Positions 1-8,944 of a DNA stretch of 64,000 bases are shown piece after piece. Made by a program: the position numbers and the translations under genes. Source of the DNA: a virus. Every line of letters starts with the position of its first letter. The stretch's first letter is position 1. The notes below the pieces were generated by a model. The model had not been told where the DNA came from, ran no database searches, and was given only the letters and a program-made list of their open reading frames with translations. Location: positions 32,001 to 96,000 of IMG/VR virus record IMGVR_UViG_3300036760_000327, one strand, 5' to 3'.

Positions 1-16
1 GTAATTAAAATATTAT

Positions 17-48
17 TTTTGTCACAAAAACAGAGAATTTACTATTAA
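17..48 (+). promoter_or_regulatory. Putative phage promoter motif TTTTGTCACAAA-N9-TTTACTATTAA
   Basis: Lies upstream of the AGGAGG RBS of the first gene. The same bipartite motif with the same spacer length recurs on the - strand at 23762-23793. Contains a -35-like TTGTCA and a -10-like TACTAT/TATTAA. Confidence 0.6.
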
Positions 49-66
49 CATAGTAGGAGGCATAAA

Positions 67-600
67 ATGAACGAAACAATTCAGAAGGATGTTGTTCGGA
101 AAGATATTGAAGGAGATTTAAAAAAAGAGTTAGAAATTAATGATGCTGATATTGCTACTGAACTTAGGGAACAATCTACTAAATTTTTCTTTTATGGTAC
201 ATTATGGGCCAGGGCTTTACGAGCAGAACGACAACAAAAATTAATTGTAGAAAGTCTTGAGGCATCTCTTAGTAAGGAATTCCGAGAACTTATGTTAAGG
301 ACAGAACCAGGAACAAGAGTTACTGAAAAAATGCTAAAAGAATATATATCAGGTGCTCCTTTGTATCAAGAAGCACAACAGAAGCTTATTAATGCTGGTT
401 ATTCTGCTGATCTATTTAATGTTGCCAAAACTGCATTTGAGTCACGAGGTCGTATGTTGTTAGAGTTGTCACGCCAGACTGGAGAAAATAAATTCTATGA
501 TCGAGAGTTTCTTAATATGAAGGATGAGTTTGAGCGGCGAGAAGAAAAGAAAGCTAAGGGAAGATCTAAAAAGGCCGAATCCAAAGGAATCGTGGAATAA
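67..600 (+). CDS. Recombination mediator, UvsY-like
   Basis: Helical protein with a 'L.I...DI..EL.EQ...F.FYG.L' start and 'AFESRGRML' end, as in UvsY-like proteins. Clustered with gp32, RecA and gp46/47. Strong RBS. Confidence 0.6.
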   Translation: MNETIQKDVVRKDIEGDLKKELEINDADIATELREQSTKFFFYGTLWARALRAERQQKLIVESLEASLSKEFRELMLRTEPGTRVTEKMLKEYISGAPLYQEAQQKLINAGYSADLFNVAKTAFESRGRMLLELSRQTGENKFYDREFLNMKDEFERREEKKAKGRSKKAESKGIVE

Positions 601-601
601 T

Positions 602-811
602 ATGAGCTCTTTTCACAAAGTTCCCTATTGCTGGGGAAAATTAAAATATACACAAGATGATATACATAATCTTGGTTCTATTATTTGTCCTCACTGTAAA
701 ATAACAATAACAAATCAAGATGTTGTTGATTCCTTACTTTTGGTCGATCTTATATCGTTGATAAAAGCAGCCGGAAGTAAACAAACCAATCTGTTCGAGG
801 GAATTAAATAA
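602..811 (+). CDS. Small hypothetical protein with CPHC motif
   Basis: The ATG at 602 directly follows the upstream stop. Cys pairs PYC and CPHC. The track start at 524 overlaps the previous gene. Confidence 0.5.
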   Translation: MSSFHKVPYCWGKLKYTQDDIHNLGSIICPHCKITITNQDVVDSLLLVDLISLIKAAGSKQTNLFEGIK

Positions 812-822
812 GGAGAATAAAA

Positions 823-1875
823 ATGACAGATAATGATTATCTTCAGGACATGAAAGATTTTTACACCCGAACCTTACAGACTAGTAATAAAATCTCAGGC
901 GTAGTTTGCCCTCACTCATTTGATACTCGAGACGAGAAAAATAATTGTGAATTATGTGAACTATGTAAAAATGTGCTTATTAATCGAGACACGCCTAAAA
1001 ATGATCCTTTGAAAGAGAAGGCCAGGACTATCAATTCTAAGAAAAAGTTTTATTCAAATATGGTTTTTATGGCCAATCCGTCTGAAGTTATTGTTCTTGC
1101 ATACGGAGAAAAAATATTTAATAAACTTATTGTAGGCCAAATGGACGAACTTAGTGAATGGAAAAATTTTATGCATCCGACACAAGGAAGAAATTTTTAT
1201 ATAACTAAAGTTAAAACTGGACCAGAAAAGAAAGATGTTGATTATAGCGTAGAACCGCGCATGGCAACAAGTCAATTGCCAGATCCATCAGTATTAGCCC
1301 GATTATATGATATTAATAATATAACAGCTCTCATAAAGTCAGGAGCTGTAAAACCGGTTCATCAATCCAAATTTGATTTTCAGAAAACCGAGGTTAGATT
1401 TCTTCCTAGTGGAGACAAAACCAGACCTTTAATGTTTTTTAAATTAGTTTTGTGGCATTATAATATTTCACCAGAAGAATTTACGGCTGTCCAGAACGGA
1501 CAATATAATCCAATTACTGGTCTTTATACAAAACAGACCCGTGAAATAACAGCCACAGAAATTGTTAAGATGCAAGAAAAAGCTAAAGATTTTAAAATTC
1601 CTTCTAGTACAAAAACTTTAGATAGTAAAGATTTATTGGCAGAATGGGGCGGAGAACTTGCGGATAATGATTTAACCGAGGATCCTTCTTTAACTGAAAA
1701 TGCTAATTTTGAGACAGAAATTGGAATAGAACCAATTTGTTTTGGCCAGTATGATAAAGATAATAAAACGTGTATAGGAAAATGTTCAGAAAATGAAGGA
1801 TGGGGAATAGCATGTCGTAAAATCGTAGAGGAAAGATTGGCCATGAGAGCAAGAGCAAAGAGATTAGTTAGATAA
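823..1875 (+). CDS. ssDNA-binding protein, T4 gp32-like (apparently permuted)
   Basis: Contains CP...CELC, KKKFYSN, YGEKIFNKL, HPTQGRNFYITK and EVRFLP, which match gp32-family motifs. Recombination-module context. Confidence 0.65.
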   Translation: MTDNDYLQDMKDFYTRTLQTSNKISGVVCPHSFDTRDEKNNCELCELCKNVLINRDTPKNDPLKEKARTINSKKKFYSNMVFMANPSEVIVLAYGEKIFNKLIVGQMDELSEWKNFMHPTQGRNFYITKVKTGPEKKDVDYSVEPRMATSQLPDPSVLARLYDINNITALIKSGAVKPVHQSKFDFQKTEVRFLPSGDKTRPLMFFKLVLWHYNISPEEFTAVQNGQYNPITGLYTKQTREITATEIVKMQEKAKDFKIPSSTKTLDSKDLLAEWGGELADNDLTEDPSLTENANFETEIGIEPICFGQYDKDNKTCIGKCSENEGWGIACRKIVEERLAMRARAKRLVR

Positions 1876-1901
1876 TTAATGTAAAATAAAAAGGAGCTAT
1901 A

Positions 1902-2063
1902 ATGCCTTATTTATGTTACCAATGTTATATTGAAAAGTTTAAAGAAGATAAATGGGATACTTTTGATTGTAATTTAGAAATTAGAAAAACTTGCGAAAAT
2001 TGTGGTTTACTAGGATTATATGTTAGAGAGATCAAAGAAACAGAGAAAGAAAGGAAAAACTGA
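1902..2063 (+). CDS. 53-aa zinc-finger-like protein (not in ORF track)
   Basis: AAGGAG RBS. Translates as MPYLCYQC...TCENCG...KERKN*, with two CxxC pairs. Confidence 0.55.
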   Translation: MPYLCYQCYIEKFKEDKWDTFDCNLEIRKTCENCGLLGLYVREIKETEKERKN

Positions 2064-2088
2064 TTTAACAAAAGGAGAAAAATATTAT

Positions 2089-2754
2089 ATGAGACCACCT
2101 GTATGGAGAATGCCAAAAAAGGAAATTGTACAACTTGCAAAATGGCGGTGTGTACATGGTGAAAGTGGACTATCACATTATAATTGCTTTTTAAGAGAAC
2201 ATCCTGATGTTCAAGAAAAAACAGGTTTTCTGGATATTGAAACATCTAATTTACATGCCACATTTGGCATTATTTTATCATATTCGATTAAAGAAAGAGG
2301 TGTGGATAATATTTATAGTCGAGTAATAACTGCCCATGAATTGCGTACATGTTTAGATAAGAATGTTGTTATGCAATGTGTAAGGGACATGCAAAAATTT
2401 GATCGAGTTATAACTTTTTATGGGACACGTTTTGATCTTCCGTTCATTCGGACAAGAGCTTTGGCTCTTGGAATAGATTTTCCTGAATATGGTCAATTAT
2501 ATCATAAGGATATATATTATATAGCTCGCAATAAACTTCGACTTCATTCCAATCGTCTGGATGCCGTTTGTCGTGCTCTTTTTGGCGATACAACCAAGAC
2601 TCGTATAGAACCTCAGCACTGGATCCAGGCATTGATGGGTAAAAAAGAAGCTTTAGATTATATTCTTGAACATAATAGGCAGGATGTGATTGAATTGGAG
2701 AGAGTGTATGATACATTAATTTGTTTTAATACAATTACTAATACAAGTATATAA
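2089..2754 (+). CDS. DEDD 3'-5' exonuclease (RNase H-like, PolB-exonuclease type)
   Basis: Exo I FLDIETS, Exo II FYGTRFDLPFI, Exo III HNRQDV. The AAAGGAG RBS supports the start at 2089. Confidence 0.85.
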   Translation: MRPPVWRMPKKEIVQLAKWRCVHGESGLSHYNCFLREHPDVQEKTGFLDIETSNLHATFGIILSYSIKERGVDNIYSRVITAHELRTCLDKNVVMQCVRDMQKFDRVITFYGTRFDLPFIRTRALALGIDFPEYGQLYHKDIYYIARNKLRLHSNRLDAVCRALFGDTTKTRIEPQHWIQALMGKKEALDYILEHNRQDVIELERVYDTLICFNTITNTSI

Positions 2755-2755
2755 G

Positions 2756-2896
2756 ATGTCAGAATATATATGGTGCGATAAACGGCAACAGCAAATTCAT
2801 GTGGACGTTTGTCAAAAATTAATATGCCGTAAAAGAAAAAAATGTGATGCGTGGATCCAGAAACAAAATAAACATAAGGAGGAACTGAATGACTAA
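2756..2896 (+). CDS. 46-aa Cys-containing hypothetical protein (not in ORF track)
   Basis: MSEYIWCDKRQQQIHVDVCQKLICRKRKKCDAW...; fills the gap between two genes exactly. Confidence 0.45.
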   Translation: MSEYIWCDKRQQQIHVDVCQKLICRKRKKCDAWIQKQNKHKEELND

Positions 2897-3278
2897 TTTT
2901 CCTGATGTAGCTGTTGGTGATGGTAATTTTCAAAATATCAGAAAAAATGCTATTCGAGATAGATTAAACGGAGCAAAAATTAAAATAGGAGGCACAAATT
3001 TCCTGGTTGGAGTAAAAAACAGAGTAATGGAAAGATTTAAAGTTGCAGGCCAGACAGATTTTTTCAATTCTACAATATTATTAGAGGCCAATTTGACAGA
3101 GGGTAATACCTTAATAACTCTTTTACACGAGATGATAGAATGTCTTTCACGTATCTATCATTTAGATTTACCTCATGAATTGATTGAGCAATTAGAGACA
3201 CTTTTATTTGAAGCCTTGGTTACCAATCCTCGTGTCTTACAAGAGTTATTAATTTATGCAAAGAAATTAAATGACTAA
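2889..3278 (+). CDS. Hypothetical protein with HExxE motif; possible paralog of 10978-11307
   Basis: KIKIGG...TLLHEMIE; AGGAGG RBS. Confidence 0.55.
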   Translation: MTNFPDVAVGDGNFQNIRKNAIRDRLNGAKIKIGGTNFLVGVKNRVMERFKVAGQTDFFNSTILLEANLTEGNTLITLLHEMIECLSRIYHLDLPHELIEQLETLLFEALVTNPRVLQELLIYAKKLND

Positions 3279-3585
3279 GCAACAAAAAGAACAAAGAAAA
3301 TTAGAGCGTAAGAAACTTAAAGAATGGAGTAAAGAAGTACGTACTAATGATGGTTGGCATTGTGTTTATTGCAATAAAGAAAATAAAAGACTTAATGCCC
3401 ATCATCTTTTACCAAAACAAATTTATCCTCAATTTAAATTTGACCCTAAAGTAGGAATTTCCCTTTGTCCATTTTCTTGTCATCGTAGACGAGCCCATTA
3501 TGATGGTGTAGCTTTTACAATTTGGCTTATGGAACATAGACCAGAACAGTTTGAATATATTAAAAGCTTATTGAAAACAAAATGA
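3271..3585 (+). CDS. HNH endonuclease
   Basis: CVYC...LNAHHLLP...GISLCPFSCH. Confidence 0.8.
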   Translation: MTKQQKEQRKLERKKLKEWSKEVRTNDGWHCVYCNKENKRLNAHHLLPKQIYPQFKFDPKVGISLCPFSCHRRRAHYDGVAFTIWLMEHRPEQFEYIKSLLKTK

Positions 3586-3914
3586 ATTTTTTTAATGAAC
3601 TTAAAAATTATTTTGGCAGAAAAATTTCTTTAGAATCTTATGGAGACAATTTTATAGCCCCTCCATGTCCGCTACAACTTCAAATAACTAAAACATGTGT
3701 TTGTATGACATGTGATTTAGTAAACAATTGTCCTATGGAAATATTGTGCAGACAACAAGGATGTGAAATGGTATTTATTAGAGGTTGTACTAGTTATACA
3801 AACAGGAAGGAAAAAAATTGTGAAGAAAAACGGGAAGTCTTTAGAGAAGGTTCCCACTTCGATGGAGGAGTCTTCTGTTTTAGAGGAAAACCCAAAACAA
3901 ATTCAACAATTTAA
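3582..3914 (+). CDS. Cys-rich hypothetical protein
   Basis: ATGA overlap with the upstream gene. Several Cys residues. Confidence 0.45.
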   Translation: MNFFNELKNYFGRKISLESYGDNFIAPPCPLQLQITKTCVCMTCDLVNNCPMEILCRQQGCEMVFIRGCTSYTNRKEKNCEEKREVFREGSHFDGGVFCFRGKPKTNSTI

Positions 3915-6039
3915 AAAGTTACTTGAAGCCGAGGATAATATATTTGGCACAACCCTATATTATTTACATTCAGGAAATCTAGCTTTGGATTATATTATTA
4001 GCGGGAAAGCTGATGGGACAGGCGGGTGGCCAGGTGGCAAAGTTGTAGAAATGTTTGGGGCACCATCTTGTTTGGTAGCTGGAACCAAAATTTGTTTGGC
4101 GAATGGCAGTATGGTTCCAATTGAAAGTCTAGGGCATAATCATTTAGACAATATTAATATTGATATATTATTAGATAAATATGGTAATAAAGCTAATGCT
4201 AAAATATTTCATAAGTTTGATAATCAAAATATAGTAGAAATATTAATGCAAGGGGGAACAATAATTAAAGGTACATATAATCATCCTTTATTAAAAGTTA
4301 TGGATGATTATAGTTTTGTATGGACTACACTAGATAAATTAAAAATCGGAGATAAATTAGCAACGATTACTTATATTCCGTGCTCAATCGTAGAAGAAAT
4401 AAATACCGATTTTCATTATTTACCTATAAGTAAATATTCTCCTAAATATAAATATAATATTCCTGAAAAAGTAACCGAGGAATTGGCCGCAATATTTGGG
4501 TATATTATAGGTGATGGTTGGATACAAAAAGATAAAAAATATGGTTATGGATTTAGAAGAGTGGCATTTCTTGTAAATGAATCAGAACAAGATATTTTAC
4601 CTATATTACTTAAATATGTAGAAAATACATTTGGTTGTCCTCCTCGTATCTCTGTTAGAGAACCAGATACTACTCCACGATTAATGAAAAGCGGGAAATA
4701 TATTGTTGGAAAACAAACACTAACAGACGTAACTTATAGTAGTGTGCCAATGGCAACTATTTTATCTTTTCTTATTAATAAAGAAGTTCCAGATTTAATA
4801 TTTCGATCTGGCAATAAAGTGGTGGCATCATTTATACGGTGGCTATTTGAAGCTGATGGACATGTAGATGATCCTACAAATTATACATCCCAAAGTACTC
4901 CGGGTATAGGATTAACTTCAAATTATCCGCAATTATTACAAGATATAAAACTTTTATTATTAAGATTTAAAATTAGGAGTCGAATATATAATAATAAATT
5001 ATATATTTCAGATGGTCAATCTATAATATATTATGCACAACATATTGGATTTGTTTCTAATAAAAAGAAAAATAGACTAATTCACTTAATGTCAGTAAGA
5101 CAAGATAGAAGGAAACAAACATATTCTGATTACGAAATTATTAAAGATATTAAGTATTTAAACGACAAAGAATCAGTTTATGATATTGAAGTTCTATATG
5201 AACATAGTTTTATAGCTAATGGTGTTATAAGTCACAATACTGGGAAGACGCTTCTTATTGATAAAGCTGGCGCGGAAATGCAAAAAATAGGGGGTGTATT
5301 TGTATTAGCTGATGTTGAAAATCGGTGGAACAAAGCATTTGCTAAAATGCATGGCGTGAATGTTGACAATGTTATTTGTTTTTCCCCGTCTACAGTTGAA
5401 GAATTTACTATTAAGATAGATAGATTGTTAGAAGCTGCTGAAGATACTAAATTTTTAATTGCATTAGATAGTCTTGCACGTTTATCAACTATTAAAGAAG
5501 TTGATGATGTAGGCGATGGTGATATTAAAGCAGACCAAGGAAGAAAGGCTCAAAAAATCCATGCTGCTATGAGAGTATTACCAGCCAAAATTAGCAAAAC
5601 AAATTCCATATTTATGGTAGCAAATCATATAATTGATAACCCGAATCAAATGTATTCTTCTATTAAACATACCCCAGGTGGACGTGGGATACCATTTCAG
5701 GCTACAGTACGGGTTGATTTATCTTCACCAACTACTATAGTACTGAAAGGAAGAAATCGTCCCATCGGGGTAGAATTGCATGCTAAATGTGTAAAGAATT
5801 CTGAAACAGTCCCCTTTGGAGAATGTGATATTAAAATGTTATGGAGCATAGGTATAAGTAAATATGCAGGTCTGGCTGATATTTTAGTGGATTGTGGTAT
5901 TATTAACAAAAATGGAGCGTGGTTAGAATTTCAAGGGCAAAAATTTTATGAAAGAGACATATCTAAAATTATAGAATCCCATCCTGAAATATTAACTGAT
6001 AAGCAATTAACAAATCCATATTTTATGCGGGAAGAATGA
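3820..6039 (+). CDS. recA: RecA/UvsX recombinase containing an intein
   Basis: SGNLALD, GG(W)PGGKVVEMFGAPS|intein|TGKT (split Walker A), ADVE, ALDSLA, ANH, TPGGRGIPF. A GTG at 3820 after AGGAAGG is the likely start. Confidence 0.92.
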   Translation: MKKNGKSLEKVPTSMEESSVLEENPKQIQQFKKLLEAEDNIFGTTLYYLHSGNLALDYIISGKADGTGGWPGGKVVEMFGAPSCLVAGTKICLANGSMVPIESLGHNHLDNINIDILLDKYGNKANAKIFHKFDNQNIVEILMQGGTIIKGTYNHPLLKVMDDYSFVWTTLDKLKIGDKLATITYIPCSIVEEINTDFHYLPISKYSPKYKYNIPEKVTEELAAIFGYIIGDGWIQKDKKYGYGFRRVAFLVNESEQDILPILLKYVENTFGCPPRISVREPDTTPRLMKSGKYIVGKQTLTDVTYSSVPMATILSFLINKEVPDLIFRSGNKVVASFIRWLFEADGHVDDPTNYTSQSTPGIGLTSNYPQLLQDIKLLLLRFKIRSRIYNNKLYISDGQSIIYYAQHIGFVSNKKKNRLIHLMSVRQDRRKQTYSDYEIIKDIKYLNDKESVYDIEVLYEHSFIANGVISHNTGKTLLIDKAGAEMQKIGGVFVLADVENRWNKAFAKMHGVNVDNVICFSPSTVEEFTIKIDRLLEAAEDTKFLIALDSLARLSTIKEVDDVGDGDIKADQGRKAQKIHAAMRVLPAKISKTNSIFMVANHIIDNPNQMYSSIKHTPGGRGIPFQATVRVDLSSPTTIVLKGRNRPIGVELHAKCVKNSETVPFGECDIKMLWSIGISKYAGLADILVDCGIINKNGAWLEFQGQKFYERDISKIIESHPEILTDKQLTNPYFMREE
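4069..5238 (+). mobile_element. Intein (390 aa) with LAGLIDADG homing endonuclease
   Basis: Begins CLVAGT. Block B TYNHP, LAGLIDADG-like FGYIIGDG and IRWLFEADG, block F VYDIEV, ends ISHN followed by Thr (+1). Confidence 0.93.
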
Positions 6040-6639
6040 ATGATTAAAAGTATTTCTTTCTCAAATACTGAAATTTTACAGAATATTTTAAAATTATACG
6101 TGCGCGCAGATCGTTTTGATCTTGATCCTACTTTCAGTAAAGGAAATTTCTATAAAAATATACTTGAACCTACTTACAAATCCGATTTAATTCCGCAGAG
6201 ACCAGATATAATTCCAGCAGATTTTACTAAATTACCGTTTAAAGATAATAGCATAAATTCTATATGCGCTGATCCCCCATTTGTCGTGGGTTTGCCGAAT
6301 AAATCTAAAGATACTGTTGGGTCTAATTTGATAAAAAATCGTTTTGGCGCTTTTAGGACTATAAAAGATTTAAAAAATATCTACGTAGCTGCCATTAAAG
6401 AATTTTATCGAGTATTAAAACCAGGCGGCTGGCTTGTGTGGAAATGCCAAGATACCGTATCTTCGGGTAAACAATACTGGAGCCATGTTGATAGTTACAA
6501 CATGGCTATAGTTGCTGGCTTTGAGGCTATTGATCTTTTTGTTTTATTGGCTAAGTCCCGCATGACCAGCAGCAAATGGAGGGGCCAGTATCATGCAAGA
6601 AAATTTCATAGTTTTTTCTGGGTCTTTAAAAAGATATGA
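6040..6639 (+). CDS. DNA amino-methyltransferase (DPPF type)
   Basis: DLDPTFSKG SAM-binding motif, ADPPF catalytic motif, EFYRVLKPGG. Confidence 0.75.
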   Translation: MIKSISFSNTEILQNILKLYVRADRFDLDPTFSKGNFYKNILEPTYKSDLIPQRPDIIPADFTKLPFKDNSINSICADPPFVVGLPNKSKDTVGSNLIKNRFGAFRTIKDLKNIYVAAIKEFYRVLKPGGWLVWKCQDTVSSGKQYWSHVDSYNMAIVAGFEAIDLFVLLAKSRMTSSKWRGQYHARKFHSFFWVFKKI

Positions 6640-7118
6640 TAAAAATGGGAAGGCGTGATATAAAATTTCATGCATTGAAAAAAGGAAGACGTATAAAATA
6701 CCCGAAACTACAGGAATTATTACATACCGATCTAAAAGAATATCATCGACAAGTAGAAATTATTAATAGAGAAAAACGTTCCTTGCAAAAAAGAATATAC
6801 AAGAAAGAACATAAAAAAGAAATAAATACAGCTCGCCGAAGCCATAGAGTCCAAAATAAAATCAATAATCTTGAATGGTTAAAAACTTATTTAAAAGTTA
6901 ATAAAATTTGTTGTCAAAGATGTGGATATAATAAAAGTTTTGAAGCCATTGATGGGCACCATAAAAATCCACTAGAAAAGAAGAGCAAACAAGATCATTT
7001 TAGCTATTGGATTCTAGAAACTCCTAGTAACTTTAAAAATAAAATAATTAATAATGATATATTATTTCTGTGTTCCAATTGCCATAGAGAACTTCACGCG
7101 GATTTATGGAGCATATAA
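6636..7118 (+). CDS. HNH homing endonuclease
   Basis: CQRCG...DGHH.NP...LCSNCHRELH with a basic N-terminus. Confidence 0.8.
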   Translation: MIKMGRRDIKFHALKKGRRIKYPKLQELLHTDLKEYHRQVEIINREKRSLQKRIYKKEHKKEINTARRSHRVQNKINNLEWLKTYLKVNKICCQRCGYNKSFEAIDGHHKNPLEKKSKQDHFSYWILETPSNFKNKIINNDILFLCSNCHRELHADLWSI

Positions 7119-8113
7119 TGCCACTTTGGATGATTTTTTCGGATGTCCATCTTAAAGAATGGCGCCCGTTTTCATCTATTTTATCCAACGGAATGAATTC
7201 CCGTTTAATGGAACAAGTTAAAGTTTTACAACGAGTAAAACAGATTGCTCAACAATATCATATTTCTCATATTTTTTTCTTGGGGGATTTGGTAGATTCC
7301 CTTTCTCCGACTATTTCTAAAATTGTTATCAATACTGCTTTTTATATGGTACAATCATTAGCAGAAATAGCCAATATTTATTTAATCGTGGGCAATCACG
7401 ATATTTTTGGTCAGATAAACACCCTTACTCCATTTTCTTCTATTCCAAGAGTTAAAATTATTAATGAGGTTACGGTTATAAAACTAGATGGAAAAACTAT
7501 AGATTTAATTCCGTGTTACGGGAAAATTCCGCAGAAAAAATCCGAGTACTGTTTCGGGCACTTCGGAATACAAGGAGCTACCATAGGAAATGGGGTCATA
7601 GTAGACGAGGAAATTGAACCTAAAATGTTAGTCGGATATAAATTAGTTCTTGCAGGACATTTCCATTCTAGACAGCAAGTAGCAGATAATGCTTATCAAG
7701 TTGGTAGTGTAATGGATATAAATTTTTCCAGTACAACAGAAGATAAAGGAGTATTTTTATTAAATCCTAAAAATGATGAACTTAAGTTTATACCTATTTT
7801 ATCTTCTAAATTCTATACTATTGAAATTAATAATAAAAAAGATTTAGAAGATTTTATAAAACAATATAATTGTCAAAAAACAAATGATTATTTTAAATTA
7901 CGAATTAAAACGGACAATATTACAGTGCCAGAACTTTCTAATAATGTTATTGTAGAATTTGATTTTGAACCCTCAATAAACGAAAAAGAACTTATAGATA
8001 CTCATGATATTACAAACTTACAACCAATTATAAAAGATTTTATTCAATCATCTAACACAGCTTTAAATAAAGATATTTTATATAAAAAAGCAATAGAGCT
8101 TTTAGAAATATAA
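7118..8113 (+). CDS. Mre11/SbcD (gp47-like) nuclease
   Basis: Metallophosphoesterase motifs SDVH, GDLVD, GNHD, GHFH. TAATG translational coupling. Confidence 0.9.
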   Translation: MPLWMIFSDVHLKEWRPFSSILSNGMNSRLMEQVKVLQRVKQIAQQYHISHIFFLGDLVDSLSPTISKIVINTAFYMVQSLAEIANIYLIVGNHDIFGQINTLTPFSSIPRVKIINEVTVIKLDGKTIDLIPCYGKIPQKKSEYCFGHFGIQGATIGNGVIVDEEIEPKMLVGYKLVLAGHFHSRQQVADNAYQVGSVMDINFSSTTEDKGVFLLNPKNDELKFIPILSSKFYTIEINNKKDLEDFIKQYNCQKTNDYFKLRIKTDNITVPELSNNVIVEFDFEPSINEKELIDTHDITNLQPIIKDFIQSSNTALNKDILYKKAIELLEI

Positions 8114-8944
8114 ATGATAGAAATAAATAAAACCTATAACGAGAATTGTTTGAATACAATGGCTAGAATGTATGATAATTTTATTGATTTGACGGTTACG
8201 TCTCCTCCTTACGATACTCTTCGTTCCTACAAAGGATATGAATTTGATTTTGAAAATATAGCCAAAGAACTTTATAGAGTAACAAAACAAAATGGAATTA
8301 TAGTTTGGGTAGTTGGAGATGCAACAGTAAATGGAAGTGAAACTGGCACATCTTTTAAACAAGCATTATATTTTAAACACATAGGTTTTAATTTACATGA
8401 TACTATGATTTATGAAAAATGTGGATTTCAATATCCTTCTAGTATCACTTCAAAACGGTATCATCAAGTTTTTGAATATGTTTTTATTTTATCTAAAGGT
8501 AAACCCAAAACATTTAATCCGATTTGTGATAGAGAAATTAAATGGCCAGAAGGTTCGTGGGGCAAATCCACTAGTAGACAAAAAGATGGAAGTTTAAAAG
8601 AAGGGCGTCGGACAAAACAAGATAGTAAAGAAAAAGGAAAAAGATTTAATATATGGACATATCCTGTGGGAAAAGGATTTGGAACTAAAGATATAATTGC
8701 TTATCAGCATCCTGCTAGATTTCCTGAAAAATTGGCCGAAGATCATATTATTAGTTGGAGCAATGAAGGAGATCTGGTTTATGATCCATTTATGGGTAGC
8801 GGTACGACAGCAAAAATGGCATTACTCAATAAACGTAATTATATTGGAAGTGAAATATCACAAGAATATTGTAAAATAATAGAGGAAAGACTAAATAATG
8901 TTTATATTAAAATCTCTCAAAATCAACAATTTTCTCTCCTTTGA
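8114..8944 (+). CDS. Beta-class N4-C/N6-A DNA methyltransferase
   Basis: TSPPY, HPARFP, YDPFMGSGTT. Confidence 0.92.
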   Translation: MIEINKTYNENCLNTMARMYDNFIDLTVTSPPYDTLRSYKGYEFDFENIAKELYRVTKQNGIIVWVVGDATVNGSETGTSFKQALYFKHIGFNLHDTMIYEKCGFQYPSSITSKRYHQVFEYVFILSKGKPKTFNPICDREIKWPEGSWGKSTSRQKDGSLKEGRRTKQDSKEKGKRFNIWTYPVGKGFGTKDIIAYQHPARFPEKLAEDHIISWSNEGDLVYDPFMGSGTTAKMALLNKRNYIGSEISQEYCKIIEERLNNVYIKISQNQQFSLL

